From a virus (taxonomy: Duplodnaviria > Caudoviricetes): a DNA stretch of 64,000 nt. Of this stretch, positions 42,159-53,260 are shown piece by piece. The notes under the pieces were generated by a model. That model saw only the letters and a list, made by a program, of their open reading frames with translations, was not told the DNA's origin and ran no database searches. The DNA lies in IMG/VR virus record IMGVR_UViG_3300014047_000002, positions 1 through 64,000 of that record; one strand, given 5' to 3'. The position numbers were made by a program, and so were the translations under genes. Each line of letters starts with the position of its first letter. The stretch's first letter is position 1.

Positions 42159-42962
42159 TTACTTTCCGAAATGAATGAAATCAACAAGTGCATCAACATT
42201 CAAATTCTCAGCCATAACTTCTTGGTCATTTACCTCCTTCAAAGCGGCGATAACGGCCTTAAGAACACGGCTTCTACGATCCAAAAGATCTGCCTTCTGA
42301 CGCTGTGACCATTCACCAGTAAACTTCTGGAATGTGTAATCACCAGTCTCTACTGTTCTCTTCTTCTGTACAACAGCTGCACGATAGTTCTCAGGAATAT
42401 TTGCAGGATTAATATTTGGATCCTTCAAAATAACATCCTCTGTTTCTGTAGTACGTGTAACACCCTTTACCATCTCTGTCTCAAGTACCTCACGATCCTT
42501 ATACTCCACATTCTTAGAAGGTGTCCAAACCTCAGAATCAGAATAAACAGGAATACGCTCATACATTGTAACAAGCTCCTTAGAAGTAAGAATGCTCTTC
42601 AAACGCATCAAATCAAGTGCAGTCAACTCACCAAATGAAACACCATCAACAACGAGTTCAACTTTCTTTGCACCAGCAGAATTTGTAGCCTCTACCTGGA
42701 AAACTTCCTTCAAGTAATTCTTTGCTACCTTATCACCAAACCAATCAAGCTGTTCCTTAACAGTAGTCTGTACATTTGTAGTACCCTGCTTGGTTGGGTC
42801 CTCAGAATAACCCTCACGAGGTGTAAATGTTTTCTTCTCACCACGGAAAGCACCCTGACTCTTCTTAAAATACTCAGCATACTCATTTACTTCTTTATTA
42901 TAAACTGATGCTGAATGATCAACCTTGGCAAGCAAGGTATTCATCTTTACTGCGTTACTCAT
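42159..42962 (-). CDS. Conserved uncharacterised protein (DUF7873-like, from memory)
   Basis: KMNTLLA, ELVVDG, IPV, GDYTFQKFTG, LKAVIAALKEVN; codon usage of a highly expressed gene. Confidence 0.65.
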   Translation of the reverse strand: MSNAVKMNTLLAKVDHSASVYNKEVNEYAEYFKKSQGAFRGEKKTFTPREGYSEDPTKQGTTNVQTTVKEQLDWFGDKVAKNYLKEVFQVEATNSAGAKKVELVVDGVSFGELTALDLMRLKSILTSKELVTMYERIPVYSDSEVWTPSKNVEYKDREVLETEMVKGVTRTTETEDVILKDPNINPANIPENYRAAVVQKKRTVETGDYTFQKFTGEWSQRQKADLLDRRSRVLKAVIAALKEVNDQEVMAENLNVDALVDFIHFGK

Positions 42963-43143
42963 AAATCTAAATTATTTTATTTGTTAATGTTTAAATGTTA
43001 TATTGTATTTCAAATTAAATGTTTACTTAATTTTTAAATTTTTTATATCTTTATTTCTAAGTAAATATCTCATTTATTTGAGTTACGAATTAATATATTC
43101 TATCTAATTATTAAAGTCTGTTTTTTAATTGCTAAAACATATT

Positions 43144-43344
43144 AAAAAGAAAAGACCTCAAAACTTTTTACAGCCTGAGGTCCAAGGGGAATATATGTTG
43201 AATAACCGGTTATGAATTGCAACACTATTTTTTGAACCTCGCTGTACATGCTCCTTCCGCACATTCATATATATAATTAGCTGCGCCGACTGTTGTATTG
43301 CCTGCGTAGTTAACTGTATTATATGTATTCACGAAATGTTGCAT
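43144..43344 (-). promoter_or_regulatory. Leader ORF plus terminator/antiterminator (attenuator)
   Basis: ATG 43344, TAG 43225-43227, TAA 43210-43212; terminator GACCTCA/TGAGGTC with T-tail; GAGGTTCAA can pair with TTGGACCTC. Confidence 0.55.
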
Positions 43345-43452
43345 GATATTACAATTTATTTTATATAATATATATTCAAAAAACATTCAAAAGTTTTCAC
43401 ATTTTATTAAAAAATTTAATAAATGCTAATTTTTTAACATTTTTTTGCAAAA

Positions 43453-44274
43453 TTATTTAAAAAACTTTATTATTCTTTGCTTTCCAAACAATTTTTGTTT
43501 ATATATTTTATTAGTATTCATCAGTTTTGATTCCCTTTTTATTATTTCATGATTTGGATAAACGGGAGTAGGATTACCATGATAGCAAACATCCATATAT
43601 GAACTTGCTAATAATTGTATATTACTAAAACATATATTTAATGAATCTATATGCTTTGAAAGTACATATGTAAACCAACACTAATCCTAATCATCATATT
43701 TTACTTCATTATATAATGTATTATTTACATCTTCTAAAAAAGTTGCAGTTTTATCACATATACGATAACATTGTATAGTACATTCTATAAGCCCTGTATG
43801 ATTTATATTAAAACCATTTTCTGATGTATATCTAATAAAACGCTCCATATATTTTTTATCTAAACCCCTGCCTGTAATCCATACATTATATTCATTTATA
43901 AAATCATCTCGATAATTATGAATCATTAATAAAGCATCATAATTATTATCATCAATATATTCTACTATAGGTGTAAGTTTTTTATGTATCTGTATAGATG
44001 CGTCAACACGTATAACATATTTAGATTCTGTACTGCACACATCTAATAATTTTGAATATTTTGTAATATATGTTTTCTGAAAACCTGTCAATTTATCTGT
44101 ATTAAATGCCGCCATATACATAATTTTCCAGACATTACTTTTTAAATCAGGATTATCGGTAATACAAATATATTCTGCATTTTCATCTACTTCCTCTGGT
44201 TCTCGTAACAAATCATAATTATTAAATAACATTGTAACAATGCTATATTTAATGGGCTACTTTTTTGTTTTCAT
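43453..44274 (-). CDS. Glycosyltransferase-like protein (DUF616-like), recoded
   Basis: YD.L.EP, YICITDN, K, RVDASI, H..R; extends through TAGs. Confidence 0.7.
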
Positions 44275-46172
44275 TATTTTGTATATCCTGCTTTCTTTTT
44301 TAATTCTCCCATAACTTTTAATGCTTCTGTAATTGTCATAGGATGATGAAGTTGACAATGTAAACGTTCAGAATCTGGCAAATTAAACCAATCTTTTTTT
44401 GTATATGGTATTGTCCATACAGTTTTATTTTTTACTTCTCTTAATGATGCTGCAATTTCATCTATATTCTGATTTTTCTTATATTCATTCCACATTTTTG
44501 TAAGTTCTTTCATCTTCTTTACATCATTAGTAACACGATCTGCTTCACTTACATCATATGTTTTTACCTAATATATTGGATTAGTAAAATCAACTGTTGC
44601 AAAGGGGGTATCTATATATTTTAATAAAAGATTTTCTCCATTTAATGATTGTATAAATCTTTCCTGAGGAAGATTCATCTCTAATAAACGACTATAGAAA
44701 ACAGAAGACATTACAACATCATCATATACATTTTCTATATCTGCTAATTTCTTTTGTATATATACTGCTTTCAATATTTCCATATTTCTCTTTGAAAAAA
44801 TCATACACGCTCCAGAAGCATAAAAATTAAAGCAACTCCAATATGCAGCAAATATTTTAAATGTATATAATATAGAATCATCTGTTTCATCAGCCAAAAA
44901 AGAATTCAATAAATCAACATTAACCCATGTAGAAGTATTTGTTCTAACAATATAATCATATGTATGACCGGTAGCTTCTAACATCTTTACACCTTCTATA
45001 TAACGTATAATTAATTGAGAAATATTATCTTTACCTTCAACATTCTTAATATAAATTATATGTTTATCTGAATCCATATATGATTCCTTATTAGTATCTA
45101 CAATAGTCCAGAAATCACAATTTGAAAATTCTCCATCAATTATAGGCTTTGCCCATGTTTCTCTACAACATTCATCAAGAGTATTATATAAATTATAGTT
45201 ACTTGCTGTAGAAGACATATTAATAAACAATATTTTCTTATAATCCTTACATGGAAGTAAACGAGTATTTATATCAACTTTTGGATGTATATATTGACGA
45301 GGTAGAGATTTAACATCTACTTTATTACCAGGCGTATTAAAAAGCATAACTGCTTCTGCTTTTGGTGAATTTGGATCAAATTGTTCAAAAGTATATACTG
45401 CTTTATCAATTAAATCATAAAAATTATCAAAACATTTCTTTGATGACCACATATTTAATTTTTTACGAATATCTGCACGTACCCATGAAAGATGATGCAT
45501 TTTTACTTCATTCCATTCAAATATATGATAATCTACAGTAAAATGTCGAAATTTATAATTTTTACCATCTGCACCCTTTCTTATTTCTTCTCTATCATAT
45601 GGACGTAAATAACGACGAGTAGGATCTGAAGGCTTATTAAAATCTACACTTTCAAATCCATACCTATATTTAGTCTTCGTTACAAACGGAACAAACATCC
45701 CATCTTTAAAAGGATAAATGAGCACATGATTATAATCATGATAATAATTTATATACTAACAATATGTCTACTCATAATCATTTGCATCTATTGCTACCAA
45801 TCCTCTTAAAAATGATGCATGTGTATAATATTCATCAGAATCAATAACTATAATATGGCTGCACCCATGCTGTTCAGCATCTTCTATGATTTTATTTCTC
45901 TTATCTGTTTCCTATTCACGTGCATGTTTATTTAAATCCAACTTAATAGAGATAATTGTATCAATTAAACCATCTTTTTGTAATCTTTCTAATTCCTGTT
46001 TATCTATTGCTGGAAGCGGATCTCCATGATATGATACATCCTATACACCTACAGAAACATAATCAATTAAATCACGTAATTCAGAAATAATATTATAGAG
46101 ATGTTCGGTACCTTCAAATGCAACGATACCCAACGCAAGTTTCTTGATATTCTACCAATTCTATTTCGCCAT
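44274..46172 (-). CDS. Two-domain glycosyltransferase-like protein (~632 aa), recoded
   Basis: IDSDEYY DxD motif, MHHLSWVR, YDYIVRTN, DDV; track ORFs joined by TAG. Confidence 0.75.
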
Positions 46173-46240
46173 ATTTTACTTTATTCATTTATAGTTTAAA
46201 AATTATATATAATAAATATTTAAAAGTTTTGGTAATTTAA

Positions 46241-47875
46241 ATGAACGAATCCTTTGATTTCAATAAAGTTAGAGATAATAAACCTTCAATAGCAGGAGTT
46301 ATTAAAAAAACAGCAATAACATTAATAGAAGAAAATGTATTGCCATTATTTAATAATCTTCGCCCTGATTATAAAGAACGCTATAGATTTATTCCTGAGC
46401 ATCGTTTTATTGGGAATAAATGTGAATTATTATATCAGAATAAGGTTATTATAGATTTTACTTTTGGATATGATTATATAGAAGAATTGAATGTTTATGA
46501 TACTACTAGATTAACAGTTGTAGGATATAATGGTTATATTCAGGATGTAAGTGTTATATTTTATGTTATCCGTCAAATTCCAATACCTATAAAAACATTA
46601 AATTTCTGTTATGATAGCAGTAAATATCCGGCATATAAATTTGAAGGCGATATTGCTCATGATGAAATGAGAGATCTTACAAGAATAATGGAGGATTATA
46701 CAGATAGTTTACCTGAACACATTACATTTAATAGCAAATATATAGACTTATATAATTTACGTTTTGAAAATGAAAATGCTATTAAAAAATTCCTTTATAA
46801 AATAAGAAAAGATAATGGTGAACAAAAATATGAAATAAAGCAATGCATCTTTATTACAGAGACTCCTCCAGAATTTAGAGGCTTGCCTGGTACTTCTCGT
46901 AGTAAAGGTACAACTTCTAAATTAATAAGGAAATATATCAAAGCACCAGTAAACACATTATTAGAAGGATTTGATTTTGATTCTATTGATAAAAAGAAGA
47001 TAATGCCAAGTTTATCTATGAAAGATAAGGTATTATTATTTGATAACTTTTTAAAAGACCTTTATAATAAACATATTTTAACAGGAATGCAATATGGTAA
47101 CAAATATTTTTCAGATGCATGGTCAAAGGCAAAATCAGATTAGGAATTTAATGGAACCTATTATAAATGTGAGGCTGATGGAGATCATTTAAATGTAGAA
47201 TTAAATTATATAAATTTATATTTTCAGTCTCCAGAAGATTATAATCAATTCTGTGAAGATATTAAAATATTCAAAGATATAAGAATTGATGGTTAGCTAA
47301 GTATCTATATGAAAACATTAAGTTTACGTATGCAACGATTAGAAAACTTTGGAGAATTAGGGAAAACTATTACTTTTGTAAAAGAGTTAGATATAAACAA
47401 TCTTATATTACATGATTTTGAAGGAATGCCAGAGGTTGAATCATTTAAAGCAAATAGAACGACTATATTCACATTTAATCATTTTAAATATAATGATAGT
47501 GTAAATAATATAGAATTATATTATAAACCTGGACAGCATTGTGTTATTGATTGGAATGGATTTCCTAAGAAAATTTATGGATTATTTTCATATACACTTG
47601 ACACTGATATAGATTCTACTTCTGGAGGCTATATAATAGCATTTCAAAAACATTTAACAACATTTAAAGGGTTTCCAGAAGATTTTATGTTTGTAACAAA
47701 TCCCACAGATATTATGAAAGTTGGACAACCGAATTTTATAGATATTAATATGCCAAAATGGGAAAGAGATAAAATAAAAGAACATATAATGGATCTACTC
47801 CTTTAGGAATTCCCTAATAAACAGAAAAGAGATAAATTATATAAGAGATTAACAAAAATATATCGTTACAGATAA
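46241..47875 (+). CDS. Late hypothetical protein with two xExFDF modules, recoded
   Basis: ORFs at 46241 and 47309 are in frame via TAG; AATAAATA upstream. Confidence 0.7.
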
Positions 47876-47877
47876 TT

Positions 47878-48447
47878 ATGGCTCAAAATATAAATAAAGA
47901 TTATAAAAAGAAACATAAACCGCTATCTGAATAGAAATCACATTTCCATCAAGGTTATTATATTCCAAGAAACAGAGAAAAATGTTTAACTGCAGAAAAT
48001 ATATACAGATCTAGTTGGGAAGCAAAATTCTTCAGATGGTGTGATGATTGCCCTTAGGTTATTCGATGGGCAAGTGAGCCTGTTGCAATAAAATATAAAA
48101 ATCCCGTTGCTAATTTAGAATATTGTGTTAAAAATAATTTAAACCCAAATGATCCAAGATACTGGAAAATATGTAATTATTATACAGATGTATGGATTGA
48201 ATTATAGACACAATCAGGAAATATAAGAAAGATTTTTATAGAGATAAAGCCATATGCACAAACACAGATGCCAAAACCTTTACAAGAAGGTGCATCATTA
48301 AAAGAGCATAAAGCATTTAACAGAGAGGCAGAAACATATTTAGTGAATAAAGCAAAATGGGAAGCTGCTGCAAAAGAATTTAATGCAAGAGGTGCAGAAT
48401 TTATGGTAGTAACAGAAAAGACATTATCAAAGTTAGGATTATTATAA
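47878..48447 (+). CDS. Head completion nuclease (T4 gp4-like), recoded, missed by ORF track
   Basis: YRSSWE, WCD, WASE, YYTD, IEIKP, VNKAKWEAA, VVTE. Confidence 0.85.
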
Positions 48448-48465
48448 AAATTAAAGGTGAGAAAA

Positions 48466-49632
48466 TTAATTCTCACCTTTCTTTATATTAAACATAATCA
48501 ATAAACTTATAAAGTATAATACTGCAAGTATTCCGAATAATGATTCATAACTCCAATGTAAAGTATTCAATACTAAATTAGAAATCTGATTACCGGATAA
48601 TCCTGCCCATGCCCATGCAGATAATGCAAATCCATGTATTGTACTTATTTGTGTCATACCAAATTTACTCTGTAAAAGTGTTGGAAGTGTAGAAAAACCT
48701 CCACCATAACCTGCATTAATAATACATAACATTGCCGGTATAAACAATAACCAAATACATCCCATCAACATTCCTATAAAAGAACTTGCAAAGATTACTA
48801 TATAAATCCATTCTTTCCTATCTACAAAATCCGAAGATGTTGAATAACCAAATCTTCCTATTGTATTAAACAATGCAGTAAATGCTGCAAGAATTCCTAT
48901 ATTAGTTAATCCGGCATAAAGTCCGATAGATTTCTCAAATGAAATCAATGCCAAACCACATGTAATATTCAAATAGAAAATCAGCCATATTTTCAAATAT
49001 GTATAATCTGAAATAATATGCCAATAATCTTTTATATTATGTTTTATTTGTGGTTCTTTCCAATCCAACGGTTTTCTTATCAAATATGTTGCACATGACA
49101 TTAATACAATACTAATTAACGCCATAATTATTAATGTATGATAAATGGAATGAGCATTATTACACCATTCAATAAAAGGTGAAAATAATACCTTTGATAA
49201 TCCAAATCCAGAAATAGCAATACCTGTAGCCAATCCTTTATGCTTACTAAACCAAAGCATCAATGTTTTTACCGGTGACAAATATCCTATTCCTAATCCA
49301 ATACCCATTAAACATCCATAACTAAGCATAAGACCTAACACGCTATGCATCATAATAGATACAACAGATAATCCTAAGCCTCCTGTAAAACATAGCATGG
49401 ATATAAATGATGATTGCTTTACATTTTTTTCAACAAACGTTCCACCAAACGCTGCAGACATACCCAAGAAAAATATAGCAAGAGAAAAAGCAAACTCTAT
49501 ACTAGACACTGTACAACCTATTTCTTGAGCAATCTCATCTTTTAAAAGTGACCAGCAATAAACACTGCCGATACATGAATGCAGTAAGAGTGCGGGTACT
49601 GCTGCCCTTAACCATTTATTTTCAAGACTCAT
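48466..49632 (-). CDS. MFS transporter, oxalate/formate antiporter (OFA) family
   Basis: IGSVYCWS, GIGLGIGY, WF..HKGLATG...GFG, YGGGFS; about 12 TM segments. Confidence 0.85.
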   Translation of the reverse strand: MSLENKWLRAAVPALLLHSCIGSVYCWSLLKDEIAQEIGCTVSSIEFAFSLAIFFLGMSAAFGGTFVEKNVKQSSFISMLCFTGGLGLSVVSIMMHSVLGLMLSYGCLMGIGLGIGYLSPVKTLMLWFSKHKGLATGIAISGFGLSKVLFSPFIEWCNNAHSIYHTLIIMALISIVLMSCATYLIRKPLDWKEPQIKHNIKDYWHIISDYTYLKIWLIFYLNITCGLALISFEKSIGLYAGLTNIGILAAFTALFNTIGRFGYSTSSDFVDRKEWIYIVIFASSFIGMLMGCIWLLFIPAMLCIINAGYGGGFSTLPTLLQSKFGMTQISTIHGFALSAWAWAGLSGNQISNLVLNTLHWSYESLFGILAVLYFISLLIMFNIKKGEN

Positions 49633-50113
49633 TCGTTAATGTTTTAGTATATAAATTATTCATATATTCTACCATTTCCTCCCTTGAATTAAATAATTCT
49701 TTCATATCTGGCAAAACCAATTTACATTTTTCTTTACCATCATAATAAAATATATCTCGTCCAAATACTGATTCTACTTTATATTCTGGTTCACCAAAAG
49801 CTAATCCAACATTCAGTAAATATTGTTTTAACCATGGAAAATTAGTATCTTCTGCTACTTTATAACCTGACACTGCTTCATCTTCATCTTGTGGATTAAC
49901 TTGTACAAATTCATCATCCCAATTAAAGATATAACATAATACTAAGAAATATAATTCATCATTCAATAAATCATCCAATTCTATTGTATCATGCATTTCA
50001 GACTCATCATCAAATTCACAGATAATATGAACTTTATACCATTCTCTTTGTGGTTTTCTTAATTGCACAATTTTTACTTTACTTGCATACTTCGTCTCTA
50101 GATATTCCGTCAT
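49622..50113 (-). CDS. Hypothetical protein
   Basis: Intact ORF in operon. Confidence 0.6.
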   Translation of the reverse strand: MTEYLETKYASKVKIVQLRKPQREWYKVHIICEFDDESEMHDTIELDDLLNDELYFLVLCYIFNWDDEFVQVNPQDEDEAVSGYKVAEDTNFPWLKQYLLNVGLAFGEPEYKVESVFGRDIFYYDGKEKCKLVLPDMKELFNSREEMVEYMNNLYTKTLTNES

Positions 50114-50546
50114 AATCTTCGTAATTTAAATCCCAATCTTTTCTAAAATCCCACATAAAGGCTTCATAGTCCTGAAGCCTCCAACAACGCTCTTCATTAA
50201 TTTCTTTTAGTCGATCTTTACATGCTTGTCTATGAGGTCCTAAGTTAGTTAATGCTAATTGTTTATCATATTCCTCAATACATAAATCAAATATTATATT
50301 CTTTATCTTTTCTATATTTGTTTTACGTATATCCAAATAATCCAATTTATCACTTGGCTCATGATTATGATAAACTGTATCTCTATAATATTCTGGTTCT
50401 GACATTAATTCATATTTAAAGTTATTAATAGATTTTTTAAAATCTTTTAAATAATTTCTATGTATTTTATGAATATCTTTTAAAAAACTTTTATTAATTT
50501 GATTAAATCTATTATATAATTCTAATAGTTTTTTATCTTTTTTCAT
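50079..50546 (-). CDS. Hypothetical protein
   Basis: Intact ORF in operon. Confidence 0.6.
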   Translation of the reverse strand: MKKDKKLLELYNRFNQINKSFLKDIHKIHRNYLKDFKKSINNFKYELMSEPEYYRDTVYHNHEPSDKLDYLDIRKTNIEKIKNIIFDLCIEEYDKQLALTNLGPHRQACKDRLKEINEERCWRLQDYEAFMWDFRKDWDLNYEDYDGISRDEVCK

Positions 50547-50851
50547 TTTAATATAGTTTCTTTTAATAAAATAAGTGTATGATTTAATCCATAATCATTT
50601 ATATCATATACACAATAATATTCATCATCCATATCATCAAATAATTCCCTATTTCCATTCTGCCAATATGGATTTGTTTTTTTATCTAATGTTACCTCTC
50701 TTTTAAATCTCTTTTTCGCTTTTTCTTTATCAGTAGTAGTTATTAATAAATTTATTGCATCACACCCATCTTTAACTTCAACTTTTACTACTGTATAGAT
50801 TTTCGTCTGTTCCATAAAAAGGTTCCTCACAATTTTTATCATCAAATACAA
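50543..50851 (-). CDS. Hypothetical protein (start may be ~50815)
   Basis: Intact ORF in operon. Confidence 0.55.
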   Translation of the reverse strand: MYLMIKIVRNLFMEQTKIYTVVKVEVKDGCDAINLLITTTDKEKAKKRFKREVTLDKKTNPYWQNGNRELFDDMDDEYYCVYDINDYGLNHTLILLKETILK

Positions 50852-51332
50852 ATTTCACCTCACCAAAACCTGTATCATCTACCTCTCCATCTTCCTCAAA
50901 AAATAATTTATCTTTTAAATATATGTCTCCATCTTTTACAATTAAGTCAAATCCAAAACGATACATATATTTACTGATTTCCTTCATTATCCATTTTGCT
51001 TGTTTTTTACGATCATCATCCCAGCAAACAGAAGGTTGCCAATTTTCTGCTCCGCGAAATCCCATCTCTGATAATTTCTTTCTTGCAGATTCCAATGTTT
51101 CATTAGATAATGACATATCTTGAATAACTTTATAGAAATCATATGGACGATATGAATGTTTACCAGCTAAAAAATCTTCAAAATGTGTTACATCATAATC
51201 TTCTACCCCGAACTTTCTTGTCATAAGTTCTTTAAGTTCATCCTTTGTTAAATTCCAATCTGTAAATGTATCAACAACAGAACTAAAACGCGCATATTTT
51301 CCGTTTGGTTGTTTTGTAATAACGGCTCCCAT
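50778..51332 (-). CDS. Hypothetical protein
   Basis: N-terminal KQPNGKYARFSSVVD; intact ORF. Confidence 0.65.
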   Translation of the reverse strand: MGAVITKQPNGKYARFSSVVDTFTDWNLTKDELKELMTRKFGVEDYDVTHFEDFLAGKHSYRPYDFYKVIQDMSLSNETLESARKKLSEMGFRGAENWQPSVCWDDDRKKQAKWIMKEISKYMYRFGFDLIVKDGDIYLKDKLFFEEDGEVDDTGFGEVKFVFDDKNCEEPFYGTDENLYSSKS

Positions 51333-51343
51333 ATTATTAATTA

Positions 51344-51661
51344 TTAATTATTAAACATCAAATAATCTTGATATACAATTTTAAAAAGTAAATTACATTC
51401 ATCTATAGCACCTTGGTAATGTACTTTATTCTTATTTTCTTGATTATCCTTACATTCTTTTATAGTATCAGTAAGCCAATCAAATATATTATGTATATTA
51501 AAATTTTTTTGCGTTTGAAGAAAACAATCAAAATCATCATTAATTGATATTCTTCCAGAAAAATAATCAATATCATAATCATTATCTGAAAGATCACACA
51601 TAAGTTGCCAGTGATTCTTCTGAGCAAAATTATACATTCGTATAGTCTCTAATGTTCTCAT
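51344..51661 (-). CDS. Hypothetical protein
   Basis: Intact ORF. Confidence 0.55.
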   Translation of the reverse strand: MRTLETIRMYNFAQKNHWQLMCDLSDNDYDIDYFSGRISINDDFDCFLQTQKNFNIHNIFDWLTDTIKECKDNQENKNKVHYQGAIDECNLLFKIVYQDYLMFNN

Positions 51662-51667
51662 ATTCTT

Positions 51668-51949
51668 TTAATCCTTTAAATCTACTATATCTTCTAAATC
51701 TACTAAAAACGTTTTTATTTTGTTTTTCTTTTTAATAGTAATTTCCAATTTTTTCTTTGCTGCTTTTAAAGCTTTTTGTTTACATTCCTCATTAGGAAAA
51801 TAAAATATTGCCGGTCCATGTGATCCTGGAAAATCTGGATATTCTACACAATTCTTTTCAATATTATATGTTTGAGGATAAAAAGAATTATCATATAATT
51901 TCTTAAAAAGCTTTAAATGCTGATACTCTTCTTCAGATATATTTTTCAT
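51668..51949 (-). CDS. Hypothetical protein
   Basis: Intact ORF. Confidence 0.55.
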   Translation of the reverse strand: MKNISEEEYQHLKLFKKLYDNSFYPQTYNIEKNCVEYPDFPGSHGPAIFYFPNEECKQKALKAAKKKLEITIKKKNKIKTFLVDLEDIVDLKD

Positions 51950-52202
51950 CTCTGATTTCTGGATTTAATAATTGACTGTTTAACTTCTTCTTTTTATATT
52001 CTAATTTATTAATTTTAGAATCTAATTGATATATTTCTTCTTTTATTTTCTTATGAAGTTTTTGTTTTGCTTCAATAATAGTTTCAGAATATAAATCTTT
52101 ATTTTCTTGATAATTATCAGTATTTAGATCTATCATTATAGATTCAATCCAATACTGATTATTCTTTTTATTTGAATTAATAACCCAATATTTCTTTTTC
52201 AT
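51933..52202 (-). CDS. Hypothetical coiled-coil protein
   Basis: Intact ORF. Confidence 0.55.
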   Translation of the reverse strand: MKKKYWVINSNKKNNQYWIESIMIDLNTDNYQENKDLYSETIIEAKQKLHKKIKEEIYQLDSKINKLEYKKKKLNSQLLNPEIRDEKYI

Positions 52203-52203
52203 A

Positions 52204-52464
52204 TTATTCCTCTGAAGTTGATTTAATCACTGTTTCATCATTATCATTAACAGTAATTCTACCATCAAGACATGCGGTAATAAAATTATGTATTGCTTCA
52301 CCACTTGCCTTTGCATTCTTTTCAAGAGAATCTTCAAACCACTTAATACGTTCTTTGAGCTTTTTATTCTCCTCTTCTAATTCCTTATTTTCATCTATAA
52401 GTTGTTCTACTGCGCTGGTAATATCCCATAAAGGTAATAATCTCTCTAATATTTTTGATTCCAT
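52204..52464 (-). CDS. Hypothetical coiled-coil protein
   Basis: Intact ORF. Confidence 0.55.
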   Translation of the reverse strand: MESKILERLLPLWDITSAVEQLIDENKELEEENKKLKERIKWFEDSLEKNAKASGEAIHNFITACLDGRITVNDNDETVIKSTSEE

Positions 52465-52470
52465 AATAAA

Positions 52471-52770
52471 TTATCTTTTATGTTTAAGCCATTCCAAAAA
52501 TTCACTAAGGTTTACTCTTACTTCCTCAACACCTATCCCTGTTTCGCTACATTCATCAAAGAAACTAATAGTTACTACAATAATATCATTATATTCAATA
52601 TAGCTGATACCTGTAACATGTGGTTCTTCTTCAGACATTTGTGATATATCTAATTCATAATCATCTATAATTCGTTTAATATCTTTTTTAAGATATTTCT
52701 CTAAATAAGTATAAAGTTCCCTTGTTTTCTTAATACAAAGCTCAAACTCTTTAATTGTACTTTCTTTCAT
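52471..52770 (-). CDS. Hypothetical protein
   Basis: Intact ORF. Confidence 0.55.
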   Translation of the reverse strand: MKESTIKEFELCIKKTRELYTYLEKYLKKDIKRIIDDYELDISQMSEEEPHVTGISYIEYNDIIVVTISFFDECSETGIGVEEVRVNLSEFLEWLKHKR

Positions 52771-52781
52771 AATTAATTATT

Positions 52782-53027
52782 TTACATTGATGTTGATCCT
52801 AACCATGAAAATGAATTTCTTGCAGCTGCTTCTGCTCTATCAGAAACCTCACGTTCACATTCATGAAATTTACTATAAGTATCATCAAAATTAGGATATT
52901 GTAAATTATGAGTATCTAAATACTCTTTAAATGCTTCATATTTTTTACAAAGAGCACGTACCCTACATTCATAGGTTCTATGTCTAAATCCTGTATATTC
53001 TCCTGTACAATATGTACGTTCTTTCAT
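52782..53027 (-). CDS. Hypothetical protein
   Basis: Intact ORF. Confidence 0.55.
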   Translation of the reverse strand: MKERTYCTGEYTGFRHRTYECRVRALCKKYEAFKEYLDTHNLQYPNFDDTYSKFHECEREVSDRAEAAARNSFSWLGSTSM

Positions 53028-53257
53028 TATTCTATAGGTTTTAATTTATCTTCAAAATATTTGCTTAATAACCATTCTTCTTTACCATTATCATAAACAT
53101 GACATAATTCATAGTAAATACAAGTATGAAGTTTACCATCTTCCAATTTAACTGTCCAAGTACTTACAGACATAACTCTACATTTCCATGGTTTATCTTC
53201 ATCACAATCTTGATAATAAACAAGATCACCAATACTATATTTTGTTTTTATATCCAT
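53027..53257 (-). CDS. Hypothetical protein
   Basis: Intact ORF. Confidence 0.55.
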   Translation of the reverse strand: MDIKTKYSIGDLVYYQDCDEDKPWKCRVMSVSTWTVKLEDGKLHTCIYYELCHVYDNGKEEWLLSKYFEDKLKPIE

Positions 53258-53260
53258 AAA

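Noticed and set aside
48180-48476. Minus-strand 98-aa ORF
   Set aside because: Antisense to the recoded gp4-like gene.
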